Virus record (IMG/VR): IMGVR_UViG_3300048848_000044
Span: 1 to 46,118 of that record
DNA: 46,118 nucleotides
Direction: 5' to 3' (one strand)
Source: a virus
Shown here one piece after another: positions 18,727 through 25,695 of the stretch (position 1 is its first letter; each line of letters starts with the position of its first letter). The translations under genes and the position numbers were made by a program. The notes under the pieces are model-generated. The model saw nothing but the letters and a program-made list of their open reading frames with translations, made no database searches and was not told the origin of the DNA.

Positions 18727-19164
18727 CTACCAATAGGCTTTCTTGAGGCGCGTGCCCGCGTCCAGGACGGTCGACGAGTAATCCAGGCAGACTAACCGGC
18801 CTTCGATCAGCCCGAAGTTTTCGCGCTTCACGTCTGTCAGGAACCCGGGGAGCTTGTCGGGCAAGCGATAGTCCCACGGGATCGGCTCCGCGCGTGTCTG
18901 GAGCAAAATGCGCCCGTCGGGGCTCATATACTCGACCGGGGCCAGCCACTTCGCCACGGCCGGCGCGTGCTGGTAGTCGCCCCAAAAGCGGCTCTCGAAT
19001 GCGTTGGCGAAACTGCGGTTCACCTTCGTATCGTCTTCGACCTTCACAACCAAATCCCGGCGAATTCGGCAGGCGAAGACTTTGCGGTGAATTCCCTCCC
19101 CGATCAATTCGCCGCAGAAGAGATTAAATGCGTCCTCGTAGGTTTCTTTGAAAAAGTCGCTCAC
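18727..19164 (-). CDS. Minimal protein-kinase-like protein
   Basis: 145 aa from GTG 19164 (GTGA overlap). Ordered kinase motifs: Gly loop IGEGIHRKVF, VVKV lysine, FESRF glutamate, catalytic loop DVKRENF (D-x-K-x-x-N), and the LDYS Asp in the DFG position. Confidence 0.55.
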   Translation of the reverse strand: MSDFFKETYEDAFNLFCGELIGEGIHRKVFACRIRRDLVVKVEDDTKVNRSFANAFESRFWGDYQHAPAVAKWLAPVEYMSPDGRILLQTRAEPIPWDYRLPDKLPGFLTDVKRENFGLIEGRLVCLDYSSTVLDAGTRLKKAYW

Positions 19165-19454
19165 TTCCAAACCTTCCCCGTATCGCTGACGACTTCCAAA
19201 ACTTCGTCCTCCAGCCCGACGAATACCGGAATAATCGCCGGCTTGCCGTCTTCGCGGCTCCCGCTCATGACGGACAGGAAAATCGTGTCGGCGCCGTGGT
19301 TGCGGATTTGGAAAAGCGCTTCGTCGGAAAGCCTCCAGGCAGAGACGCACGTTGCGCCGTTGTGGAAGCAATGGAGCCAGCCCACCATTTCTTCGTAACC
19401 CGGGGGCGGGGCGGCGTGAATGTTCGCGCCTTCGAAGTTGACGGCTTCGCTCAT
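19161..19454 (-). CDS. Hypothetical protein
   Basis: 97 aa (MSEAVNFEGANIH...). The ATG overlaps the upstream stop (ATGA). Confidence 0.55.
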   Translation of the reverse strand: MSEAVNFEGANIHAAPPPGYEEMVGWLHCFHNGATCVSAWRLSDEALFQIRNHGADTIFLSVMSGSREDGKPAIIPVFVGLEDEVLEVVSDTGKVWK

Positions 19455-19552
19455 TTGTCTGCTCGGAAAATGAACCAGAGGAAAAGGGCGACGGTAAGGA
19501 AACAGGCGACGAAAGTTTTGATATCGTCGGCCACGTCGAATGTGATTGTCAT
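19451..19552 (-). CDS. Micro-ORF: 33-aa single-TM peptide
   Basis: MTITFDVADDIKTFVACFLTVALFLWFIFRADK. ATGA overlaps at both ends link it into a coupled chain. Confidence 0.35.
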   Translation of the reverse strand: MTITFDVADDIKTFVACFLTVALFLWFIFRADK

Positions 19553-19698
19553 GCTTCCACCTTTTTCGAATAGCTCCCCCGGGGCCGGCCAATGGTCGGG
19601 CGCTTCACGGGATTTTCTTCGGACGGAACGACGGGCGGGATATACTCGCGGTGTTCGCAGCTCACGCGGCCGGCGCCGCAGTTAGGGCACGACGACAT
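19549..19698 (-). CDS. Micro-ORF: 49-aa Cys-rich (zinc-ribbon-like) protein
   Basis: MSSCPNCGAGRVSCEH... The ATG follows the upstream TGA directly, and the stop overlaps the next ATG. Confidence 0.4.
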   Translation of the reverse strand: MSSCPNCGAGRVSCEHREYIPPVVPSEENPVKRPTIGRPRGSYSKKVEA

Positions 19699-19884
19699 TC
19701 AATAATCCTCCAACGCCCGACGAACCTCGCCCACGCTCATGTCGTCGGGCAGCTCGTCGAGAAAATTGAGCAACGTGCGCGCGAAAATCCGCACATCGTT
19801 TTTGCTCGCCATCGGGGTTTTGAAGCTGGAACCACCCGAGCCGGGCGCGGCGCTTTCGAGCGCTTCGATTACGTCGTCGTTCAT
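19699..19884 (-). CDS. Hypothetical small acidic protein
   Basis: 61-aa ORF. The ATG overlaps the upstream stop (ATGA). Confidence 0.55.
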   Translation of the reverse strand: MNDDVIEALESAAPGSGGSSFKTPMASKNDVRIFARTLLNFLDELPDDMSVGEVRRALEDY

Positions 19885-20051
19885 AGGTCGAACGCCTGTT
19901 CCGGATCGCCGGCATGGGCGCGCTTGAGATTGGCAATCTGCTCGGCCAGCTCTTCGCAGTTGCGTTCGTACCCGGGCTTACCGTCGCGGCTTGCTAGCTT
20001 TCGCTCCAGGTGCGCAATACGCTGGAGACGCGGGTGTGTATCGGAGGCCAT
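19881..20051 (-). CDS. Hypothetical small protein; C-terminus AFDL
   Basis: 56 aa from ATG 20051 with SD AAAGGAA. First gene after the 20086-20116 terminator. Confidence 0.55.
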   Translation of the reverse strand: MASDTHPRLQRIAHLERKLASRDGKPGYERNCEELAEQIANLKRAHAGDPEQAFDL

Positions 20052-20085
20052 GGCGTTCCTTTCTTGATCCATCCCCGCCATAACG

Positions 20086-20116
20086 AAAAACCCCCGGAGC
20101 CACAAGGGTCCGGGGG
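20086..20116 (-). terminator. Rho-independent terminator
   Basis: On the minus strand: CCCCCGGA-10 nt loop-TCCGGGGG followed by TTTTT. Confidence 0.75.
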
Positions 20117-20175
20117 TTCCTCTCGGGATCAAGAGGGCGTCGCCGCTGTCCCTATGCGGGACGCCGGCCGGGACG

Positions 20176-20760
20176 TCAAGTGCCCTTGGTCGCCTCGCCC
20201 TGCTTCTCGCTGCCCTTCTCGTCGATTTTGCGCGTGAAGAAATTATCCTCCAGCGCGCCTTCCAAGGTCAGCTCGTCCACTTCGTCGTCCAGCTCCGAAG
20301 AATTGGAGTTGGTCAGCCGCAGCGGGTTCGCGCCGCCGCCCGAGAGCTTGAGCGAGCCCACATAGAACGAGCCGTCGATTGCGGCGCCGTTGCCGGCCGT
20401 CTCGTCGTCGCTGTCCCGCTCCAGGCCCGACTTCTTCGCCAGCTTGCCAAGCTCGCTTTCGGGCGGGAACGCGGCGTCGGACAGGACTTGCGCCAGGACC
20501 GGCTGCGCGACTTCGGTAATCGTGCCGGTGTTCTCGTGGCGAAGCTGGAGCGTGCCGTTGCCGGCCATTGCGAGGGTGATCGCGCCGACGCGGAATTCCC
20601 CCCGATAGCCGAACCCCGGGTCCGCCGAAGCCTGCCCTTCCTGGAGAGCGCCCGACACGGCGCCCGCGCCGGTTGCCGCCTGATTGTATTCGGGCCGGCC
20701 GTCCTGCGAACCTTCCTTGCGGTCCGTCGTCGAGCGATAGCGGTTGTCTTCGTCGTTCAT
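20176..20760 (-). CDS. Hypothetical protein with an internal duplication
   Basis: 194 aa from ATG 20760 with SD GGAAGGGAAG. Repeated segments GEFRVGAITLAMAGNGTLQLRHEN and GSFYVGSLKLSGGGANPLRLTNSN. Confidence 0.6.
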   Translation of the reverse strand: MNDEDNRYRSTTDRKEGSQDGRPEYNQAATGAGAVSGALQEGQASADPGFGYRGEFRVGAITLAMAGNGTLQLRHENTGTITEVAQPVLAQVLSDAAFPPESELGKLAKKSGLERDSDDETAGNGAAIDGSFYVGSLKLSGGGANPLRLTNSNSSELDDEVDELTLEGALEDNFFTRKIDEKGSEKQGEATKGT

Positions 20761-20806
20761 TGTGCTTCCCTTCCGGTTGAAATCGTTCTCCGCACCCGAG
20801 AACGAT

Positions 20807-21334
20807 TTAGATACTAGATTGGTTCCCGTCTTCCGGCAAGCGGCGTTCAAGGAATTGAGTAATAACGGAAGATTTCACAATCCCCATTCGACCGTCCGGA
20901 CCGATAATCGTCACTTCGCCAATATTCGGCGTCGAGCGCATCGTATATCCGTCCACGTAAAAGCCAAAGTTGGCTTCCACCGGGGCTTCTTCCGTAATGC
21001 CGAGAGCATCGGCCATGGCGGCGACGATTTCAGAACAAGAGCGGTGCATGTCCTCAAGTCCTGCCCGGCTTACTGCCACTTGCCCGAGCATTGGAACAAC
21101 CGTCGTGTCTTCGCCTAGCGGCTCCCCGTCGATTTGCGCTTGGATTGCGTTCTCCCATGCTGGCAAGTCCCGATGGCCCGCGTTGAGGCGCCGGATTTCT
21201 TCCGCCTTCTCGGGCGTCAGGAGCGGCGTGCCCATACCGGCGTCGGGCGTCTCGGGGAAGGCGCGCTGCCGGGCTTCGGTGCAGCCGGGGCAGTCGACCA
21301 TTTCGCGCCAATTGTGGACAGTGCAGAAACCCAT
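20807..21334 (-). CDS. Hypothetical protein
   Basis: 175-aa ORF. N-terminal C-x-x-H...C-P-G-C cluster. Confidence 0.6.
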   Translation of the reverse strand: MGFCTVHNWREMVDCPGCTEARQRAFPETPDAGMGTPLLTPEKAEEIRRLNAGHRDLPAWENAIQAQIDGEPLGEDTTVVPMLGQVAVSRAGLEDMHRSCSEIVAAMADALGITEEAPVEANFGFYVDGYTMRSTPNIGEVTIIGPDGRMGIVKSSVITQFLERRLPEDGNQSSI

Positions 21335-21337
21335 GGT

Positions 21338-22201
21338 TCAGTCCCCTTTCTTCGTCAGCGAGAGGTTGCGAATTTTGTTCGCCACGTTGCCGCCTGCGTG
21401 GGGCGATTTGCCGATGATATACGACGCGGCGGCGAGGATGCCCCGGGGGACCGGGATCAGGTCGGCCGACGTGATGATATCGCGGGCGTCCAGGTCCAGC
21501 GTCTCTTCGTCGGCTTCTTCCACCAGATCGCGCAAGTCGAGCAAATCGGCGTCGTGGTCGGAAAGGTCGACTACGGTAACGTCAGTGATCGCCGGCCCTT
21601 CCAGCGCGTCGGCAATTTCGCCCACTATCGTTCCCAGGTTCCGCAAAAGCTTGCGCGGTACTTCGACGGTTTCGCTCGGGATTTCGTTCCCGTCCTCGTC
21701 GATATTGACGAAAATCGTTTCCGGCTTCGTCCAGGGGAATTCGACCGGCACGCGGCTTCCGCCGTGCTGCACCGCTACGCCGTCAGGATAGACGAAAACC
21801 TTGCCCTCGACACAATAGGCCGGCGCGTCTTCGCCATCCTTGAAAACCGAGCTGTCCCGCTTGTTCTGGAAAATCGACTTTTCACCGTCCATGCCGATTT
21901 CGGTCCATTCGTCGGGTTCGCCGGTCAACGGCGAGAGCGGTTGCCAGCGAAGAATTTTCTCGATTATGCCGATTGCATAGGGCGCCGAAAATCCAGAGTG
22001 GCCGGCGAGCGAAAAAGCCCGCAGAACGTCGAGAACGCTTTGCTTGATCGCGGCTTGCATTTCGTTTTCTTCGGCGTCGTCGGTCGGTGGGAAGGCAATC
22101 GCCCACTCACGTTCAAAATGCGCGACGTAGTTTCCATCCCGGGCGGCGCCCCGCGACCACTGGACTACTTTCTCCGCAATGCTTTCGATAAACCGCTTCA
22201 T
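21338..22201 (-). CDS. Hypothetical protein
   Basis: 287-aa ORF with an acidic C-terminal half. No motif recognised. Confidence 0.65.
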   Translation of the reverse strand: MKRFIESIAEKVVQWSRGAARDGNYVAHFEREWAIAFPPTDDAEENEMQAAIKQSVLDVLRAFSLAGHSGFSAPYAIGIIEKILRWQPLSPLTGEPDEWTEIGMDGEKSIFQNKRDSSVFKDGEDAPAYCVEGKVFVYPDGVAVQHGGSRVPVEFPWTKPETIFVNIDEDGNEIPSETVEVPRKLLRNLGTIVGEIADALEGPAITDVTVVDLSDHDADLLDLRDLVEEADEETLDLDARDIITSADLIPVPRGILAAASYIIGKSPHAGGNVANKIRNLSLTKKGD

Positions 22202-22293
22202 GTTCTCGTCCTTCTAAAAGCCACCTCGATTGTCCCGATAAATTTCGCGGTATCTAAGTGGGGAAATATGGTTCCGTCACGTCACTATTCGGT

Positions 22294-22308
22294 GGCGGTC
22301 AAACGTCA
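22294..22308. repeat. 15-bp direct repeat GGCGGTCAAACGTCA, copy 1
   Basis: Exact copy of 22699-22713. Overlaps the stop codon of gene 22306-22629. The minus-strand reading is TGACGTTTGACCGCC. Confidence 0.9.
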
Positions 22309-22629
22309 GAAAAACTTCGTGCCCAAAGTCCCTACCAGAACGCCGACGGCGAAAATTACGGCATAGACGGCAGGCCAAGTCTCGGGTGGCGGAAAATCCA
22401 GGTCGCTCGCCTTTTCGTCGGTTCCCTTGAAAATTCCGTCTTCGATCCAGTCGGCAAGGGTTTCGGGCTTCGTGGTTGTCGAAATGGAATTCCCATTGCC
22501 CCGGTCCAGGTAGATATCGACGGCTTTTCCCTCGCCGGTGCGGTCCGCTAGGGCAACGGGGCCGAAGCGCATTCCGTGGGCGCTAAAACTCGCGGGATTT
22601 TGTGGGTTCTTTTGGGCTGGCGGCATCAT
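22306..22629 (-). CDS. Small tail-anchored membrane protein (moron-like cassette)
   Basis: 107 aa with a C-terminal TM segment (WPAVYAVIFAVGVLVGTLG). First gene of the minus arm, with SD AGAGGGA. Confidence 0.6.
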   Translation of the reverse strand: MMPPAQKNPQNPASFSAHGMRFGPVALADRTGEGKAVDIYLDRGNGNSISTTTKPETLADWIEDGIFKGTDEKASDLDFPPPETWPAVYAVIFAVGVLVGTLGTKFF

Positions 22630-22658
22630 GTCGAAATCCCTCTATTGTGAGGGCTCGG

Positions 22659-22687
22659 GCATAGCGCAGCTAACCCCCGGCCGGCAA
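22659..22687 (-). promoter_or_regulatory. Candidate leftward promoter TTGCCG-N17-CTATGC
   Basis: On the minus strand, ~30 nt upstream of ATG 22629. Resembles the alphaproteobacterial CTTGAC-N17-CTATAT type only loosely. Confidence 0.25.
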
Positions 22688-22698
22688 GGGGCTCGGGA

Positions 22699-22713
22699 GG
22701 CGGTCAAACGTCA
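22699..22713. repeat. 15-bp direct repeat GGCGGTCAAACGTCA, copy 2
   Basis: Exact copy of 22294-22308, lying 70 nt upstream of the start of gene 22306-22629. Confidence 0.9.
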
Positions 22714-22985
22714 AAATCCGGTCGGGCTGTCCCATGGTGGAACAGAAATCAGTGCGATCGCTCGTGGATGATTGAGATTATCCCAAGGGGGCGCTTCGCT
22801 GCGGGGAGAATGGCCTGGGTCACGTAAGGGAACCCCGACATGGGAAAATTGGTTGTCGCCGGTATTTCGACTAGGCCCGGCTCGGCAATTCCCAGCACGA
22901 AGCATCCCCCCTCCCCCGGCGATTTTTACCGATAAGCATCCTTTTTTCTTTTCTCGCTGGCCGGCGCGGTCGTCGAGGCTGGACC

Positions 22986-23583
22986 GCTCCCGAGAAATTC
23001 CCGGGCACGAATATTCTCTAGCCTATGCGCAGCTCCGAAGCAATACCGATTTCACGGGCTCGGATAAATTCTCGGAATTCACCGGCACGGCAGCGGGTGG
23101 AGCGTCGGGGCTTTGCGATAATTTCCGTGCCCAAAATTCCTTTCGGATATTCCGGAGAGTTTCGGCGGGTAGCTCCCGAGCGGCGGGAGGGTCAAAGGGT
23201 CTACGCGGGTTCATGATTTAGCGAAATGACCGGGAAAGATTAAAATTGACCTAAGATTTTCGGCGGCGGGTAAATTCACCGGATGCCAGCCGTTTAATTT
23301 GCATCCCGAGCATAAAAATTCCCGGGAGAAATTTCTACCAATCGAAATATTTTTCGGGTGCTTCTAATAGGTGAAATCTCCTTAGTGGAGCGCGCGGCGA
23401 CGAAGCTTTAGCGGAGGCGGCGAAGCGTAACGGATGAAATCCGATAGCCAACGCGCACACGGGCTAGGGGGAATAGCTAAATCAGCCCAATCATAGCCCA
23501 CAACGGCAGAAACCCGACGTTTGCGGCGCCCTATCAATCCGGTCTAAAGTCGCTCTAATCGGGCTTTGCAGCGCGCTCCCGAG
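22986..23583 (+). repeat. Iteron-like repeats in the non-coding control region
   Basis: GCTCCCGAG at 22986, 23172 and 23575, TCCCGAG at 23304, and CTCCCGAG inverted at 22692. AATTCCCGGG at 22996 and 23317. AATTCACCGG at 23076 and 23273. Confidence 0.8.
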
Positions 23584-23731
23584 AGGTACGCGATCAGCGA
23601 TCAATTTGCGGTGATTAGACTAAATCGACGCCGCTTTGATCCAACATCGGCGGATTTCTGCCGTTTTCGGGTATCAATCCGGAATTATCGGGATCAATTT
23701 GAAAAATTACGGGCGAAAAATCAAAATTGAT
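23532..23731 (+). promoter_or_regulatory. ATCAA(T)-box cluster and palindrome upstream of the early promoter
   Basis: TATCAATCCGG at 23532 and 23672. GATCAATTTG at 23599 and 23692. Palindrome ATCAAAATTGAT at 23720-23731, abutting the -35 box. Confidence 0.7.
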
Positions 23732-23732
23732 G

Positions 23733-23761
23733 CTTGACCGGCCGCAAAATTCGCCTAAATA
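23733..23761 (+). promoter_or_regulatory. Candidate early promoter P1: CTTGAC-N16-CTAAAT(A)
   Basis: Sigma-70-like boxes ~35 nt upstream of the first plus-arm ATG (23794). Confidence 0.55.
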
Positions 23762-23793
23762 GGGGTTATCGAAACGAACAACGGAACGCAAAA

Positions 23794-23985
23794 ATGTCCC
23801 GCCATCCGATCCGCAGCCTAATCATTGACCGCGCAGCACGTCGTAAGCGTCGCCAGGATATCGCCGGAATTCTTCTTATCGTCGCAACGCTCGGCGGTTT
23901 CGCCGGGATGGCGTGGGCAGCATATGAAGGCGACAAAGCCAATGGGATCACCGTCGAGCAATCGCTAAAGAATTGGGGTTTCTGA
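23794..23985 (+). CDS. Small membrane protein
   Basis: 63 aa from ATG 23794. Basic N-terminus followed by a TM segment (IAGILLIVATLGGFAGMAWAA). Confidence 0.55.
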   Translation: MSRHPIRSLIIDRAARRKRRQDIAGILLIVATLGGFAGMAWAAYEGDKANGITVEQSLKNWGF

Positions 23986-23986
23986 A

Positions 23987-24238
23987 ATGGCGTCTAAGGT
24001 CGAGCAAATTCTAGCCGTCATTCGCAATTCGCACGTAATGGGCGAAGACGGGCTGCGGGATTACCATGCTGCCCGAGCTGCCCGAGACGCCAACCGCAAG
24101 GGCACGACGCAAGCGCGATTTTCCGCCATGAAAACGGCGCTCAAAAATCACCGCGTCACTGTCTCGCTGGATAGCGGAATGGGCACAATCCGCATTCGCA
24201 ACAATGAAACCCGCGCCGAATATACCGCGCACCCTTGA
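23987..24238 (+). CDS. Hypothetical protein
   Basis: 83-aa ORF beginning 1 nt after the upstream stop. Confidence 0.6.
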   Translation: MASKVEQILAVIRNSHVMGEDGLRDYHAARAARDANRKGTTQARFSAMKTALKNHRVTVSLDSGMGTIRIRNNETRAEYTAHP

Positions 24239-24249
24239 AAGGCTCTAAA

Positions 24250-24495
24250 ATGACCAAGCAAGAAATCGAAACGGCGCTGGACAACGGCACGCTATGGGGC
24301 GCGATGCGCAACGGCCGGTTCTGGAAGGTCCGGAGGAACGGGCAGACGAAAACCTGGAAAACTCGGCCGGGCGAATTCTCAATCCCGGTGAAGGCTGGCC
24401 TAAAGGCTTGCGCTAGGATTGACGAAACGACGATAATCTCCCGGGATGATCGGGGCGCCGAATTCCTGATTTCTGAAACTGACCCTAATTCCTGA
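24250..24495 (+). CDS. Hypothetical protein
   Basis: 81 aa from ATG 24250, basic and Trp-rich (GRFWKVRRNGQTKTWKTRPGEF). Confidence 0.6.
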   Translation: MTKQEIETALDNGTLWGAMRNGRFWKVRRNGQTKTWKTRPGEFSIPVKAGLKACARIDETTIISRDDRGAEFLISETDPNS

Positions 24496-24535
24496 ATTTC
24501 TCGGGCGCCGGATTTTCCGGTTCCCTACTAAATTC
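24494..24535 (+). terminator. Nested stem-loop, possible weak terminator/attenuator
   Basis: The outer stem GAATTT/AAATTC encloses CCGGA-TTT-TCCGG (24508-24520). Only a short T run follows. Confidence 0.25.
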
Positions 24536-24538
24536 AGG

Positions 24539-24566
24539 CTTGACCGCAGCATCAAAACTGCTAGTT
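24539..24566 (+). promoter_or_regulatory. Candidate promoter P2: CTTGAC-N16-CTAGTT
   Basis: Same architecture as P1, ~35 nt upstream of ATG 24600. Confidence 0.5.
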
Positions 24567-24599
24567 TAGCTAAATCAAGCAAACGAACGGGAAGACGCC

Positions 24600-24902
24600 A
24601 TGGCGCAGGTTTTCGAGATTTTCAACGCGGTTGACGGTAAGACGGCCGGCTATCGGTTCGGCATTGAGCGCGCAAAGCAAACTGTCGAGCGTTGCAGCAA
24701 TATCCCGAATACGGTTTACGATTATCTGCCGGCGCGCGAGGGTTTCTATATCCTGGATATGCGCGACAACGTAAAAATCCCGGCGCTGCGCGACGCAACG
24801 GCGGTGTGCTTCCCGACGGAAGCGGATGCGCAAGGTTATGCCGATTTCCAAAATCAGGGAAGCGACACAAATTCTTTCCGCGTTTTTGAACAGGTGCTTT
24901 GA
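24600..24902 (+). CDS. Hypothetical protein
   Basis: 100-aa ORF, first gene after P2. Confidence 0.65.
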   Translation: MAQVFEIFNAVDGKTAGYRFGIERAKQTVERCSNIPNTVYDYLPAREGFYILDMRDNVKIPALRDATAVCFPTEADAQGYADFQNQGSDTNSFRVFEQVL

Positions 24903-24904
24903 CC

Positions 24905-25198
24905 ATGGCTTATTATTCCGTCGTTTCGAGCTTTCCCGTTGGCGAAAGCGAAAGCCGCTCTTTCACCCGTCGGGACCATGCTGCGGATTATGCTTACAAA
25001 GCCATCCGCGCGCAGTTTGAGGCGCAAGCGCTTCTCGACCGGCCGGCTTGCCCTAAAGCGCTGGCATTGCTTCCCGACGACTTGCGCACAATCCCGGTTG
25101 CGGAATGCGGCCGGCGCGTTCTCCGGATCGAATGCGGGTTTCAGCGGGTTGTCTCAATCAACGCGGGATACCCGGCCAAGCGAAAGGCGCGAGCATGA
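24905..25198 (+). CDS. Hypothetical protein
   Basis: 97 aa from ATG 24905. An alternative TTG start at 24899 overlaps the upstream stop. Confidence 0.55.
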   Translation: MAYYSVVSSFPVGESESRSFTRRDHAADYAYKAIRAQFEAQALLDRPACPKALALLPDDLRTIPVAECGRRVLRIECGFQRVVSINAGYPAKRKARA

Positions 25199-25425
25199 CC
25201 ATTCCTGCAAGGCTCGACCGGCAAACCCGGGAAAGCGGCTATCTCGTCGGGTTCAACCCTATGAAGCGAAAGCGCAAGAACGGTTGGCCGGAGGAAAACC
25301 CGCGCCCCTATGCGCTTTATATGCGGTTTGACCTGGATGGCGGGAAGGTCGATTACAAATTTCTCGCCAGTTTCTCGACAATCTCCGCGCTGGAAAATAA
25401 CTGGCGCGCTCGGGCAGGATGCTAG
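25195..25425 (+). CDS. Hypothetical protein
   Basis: 76 aa. ATGA overlap with the upstream stop. Confidence 0.55.
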   Translation: MTIPARLDRQTRESGYLVGFNPMKRKRKNGWPEENPRPYALYMRFDLDGGKVDYKFLASFSTISALENNWRARAGC

Positions 25426-25429
25426 AACC

Positions 25430-25516
25430 ATGGATAACATCGACCGCGCGATTTACATTATCGGCTCAATTCTCGCTTTCGCCTGGATGGCTTTGACGAC
25501 ATGGCAGAGCATATAA
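25430..25516 (+). CDS. Micro-ORF: 28-aa TM peptide
   Basis: MDNIDRAIYIIGSILAFAWMALTTWQSI. Confidence 0.3.
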   Translation: MDNIDRAIYIIGSILAFAWMALTTWQSI

Positions 25517-25695
25517 CCCGACGGGGCGCCTATGTGCGAAAGAGTGACGCGCACGCCATGGCGCTAGCTCTTCGTCGCGCGACGATCATGCTAGGCGCCC
25601 GGAAAGACTTGTCGCCGCTAGAGCGCTGCAAGCTCGCGGAATGGAAAGCGCGCCTAACCCGTTACGGGAAGCGCTATCAGGATTTTGAGCCATGA
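25501..25695 (+). CDS. Hypothetical basic protein
   Basis: 64-aa ORF. Confidence 0.5.
   Translation: MAEHITRRGAYVRKSDAHAMALALRRATIMLGARKDLSPLERCKLAEWKARLTRYGKRYQDFEP

Noticed and set aside
20152-20180. CTTGAC-N17-GCATAG promoter-like string on the minus strand, overlapping the stop of gene 20176-20760
   Set aside because: It lies just upstream of the strong terminator at 20086-20116, so a promoter here would be immediately terminated. It is probably a chance match, although a terminator-bypassing start cannot be excluded.
22772-23221. 149-aa ORF (and the 60-77-aa ORFs around it) inside the control region
   Set aside because: It has a non-ATG start and no SD. Its composition is Arg/Ser/Pro-rich, its codon usage is unlike neighbouring genes, and it is riddled with the repeat families. 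I treat it as non-coding, though a small real gene cannot be excluded without comparative data.
24215-24232. A third CGGTATAT occurrence, on the minus strand inside gene 23987-24238
   Set aside because: It lies on the non-transcribed orientation within coding sequence. Its flanks form only a 4-bp GCGC stem and lack the AACT tail, so it does not match the hairpin A/B architecture.
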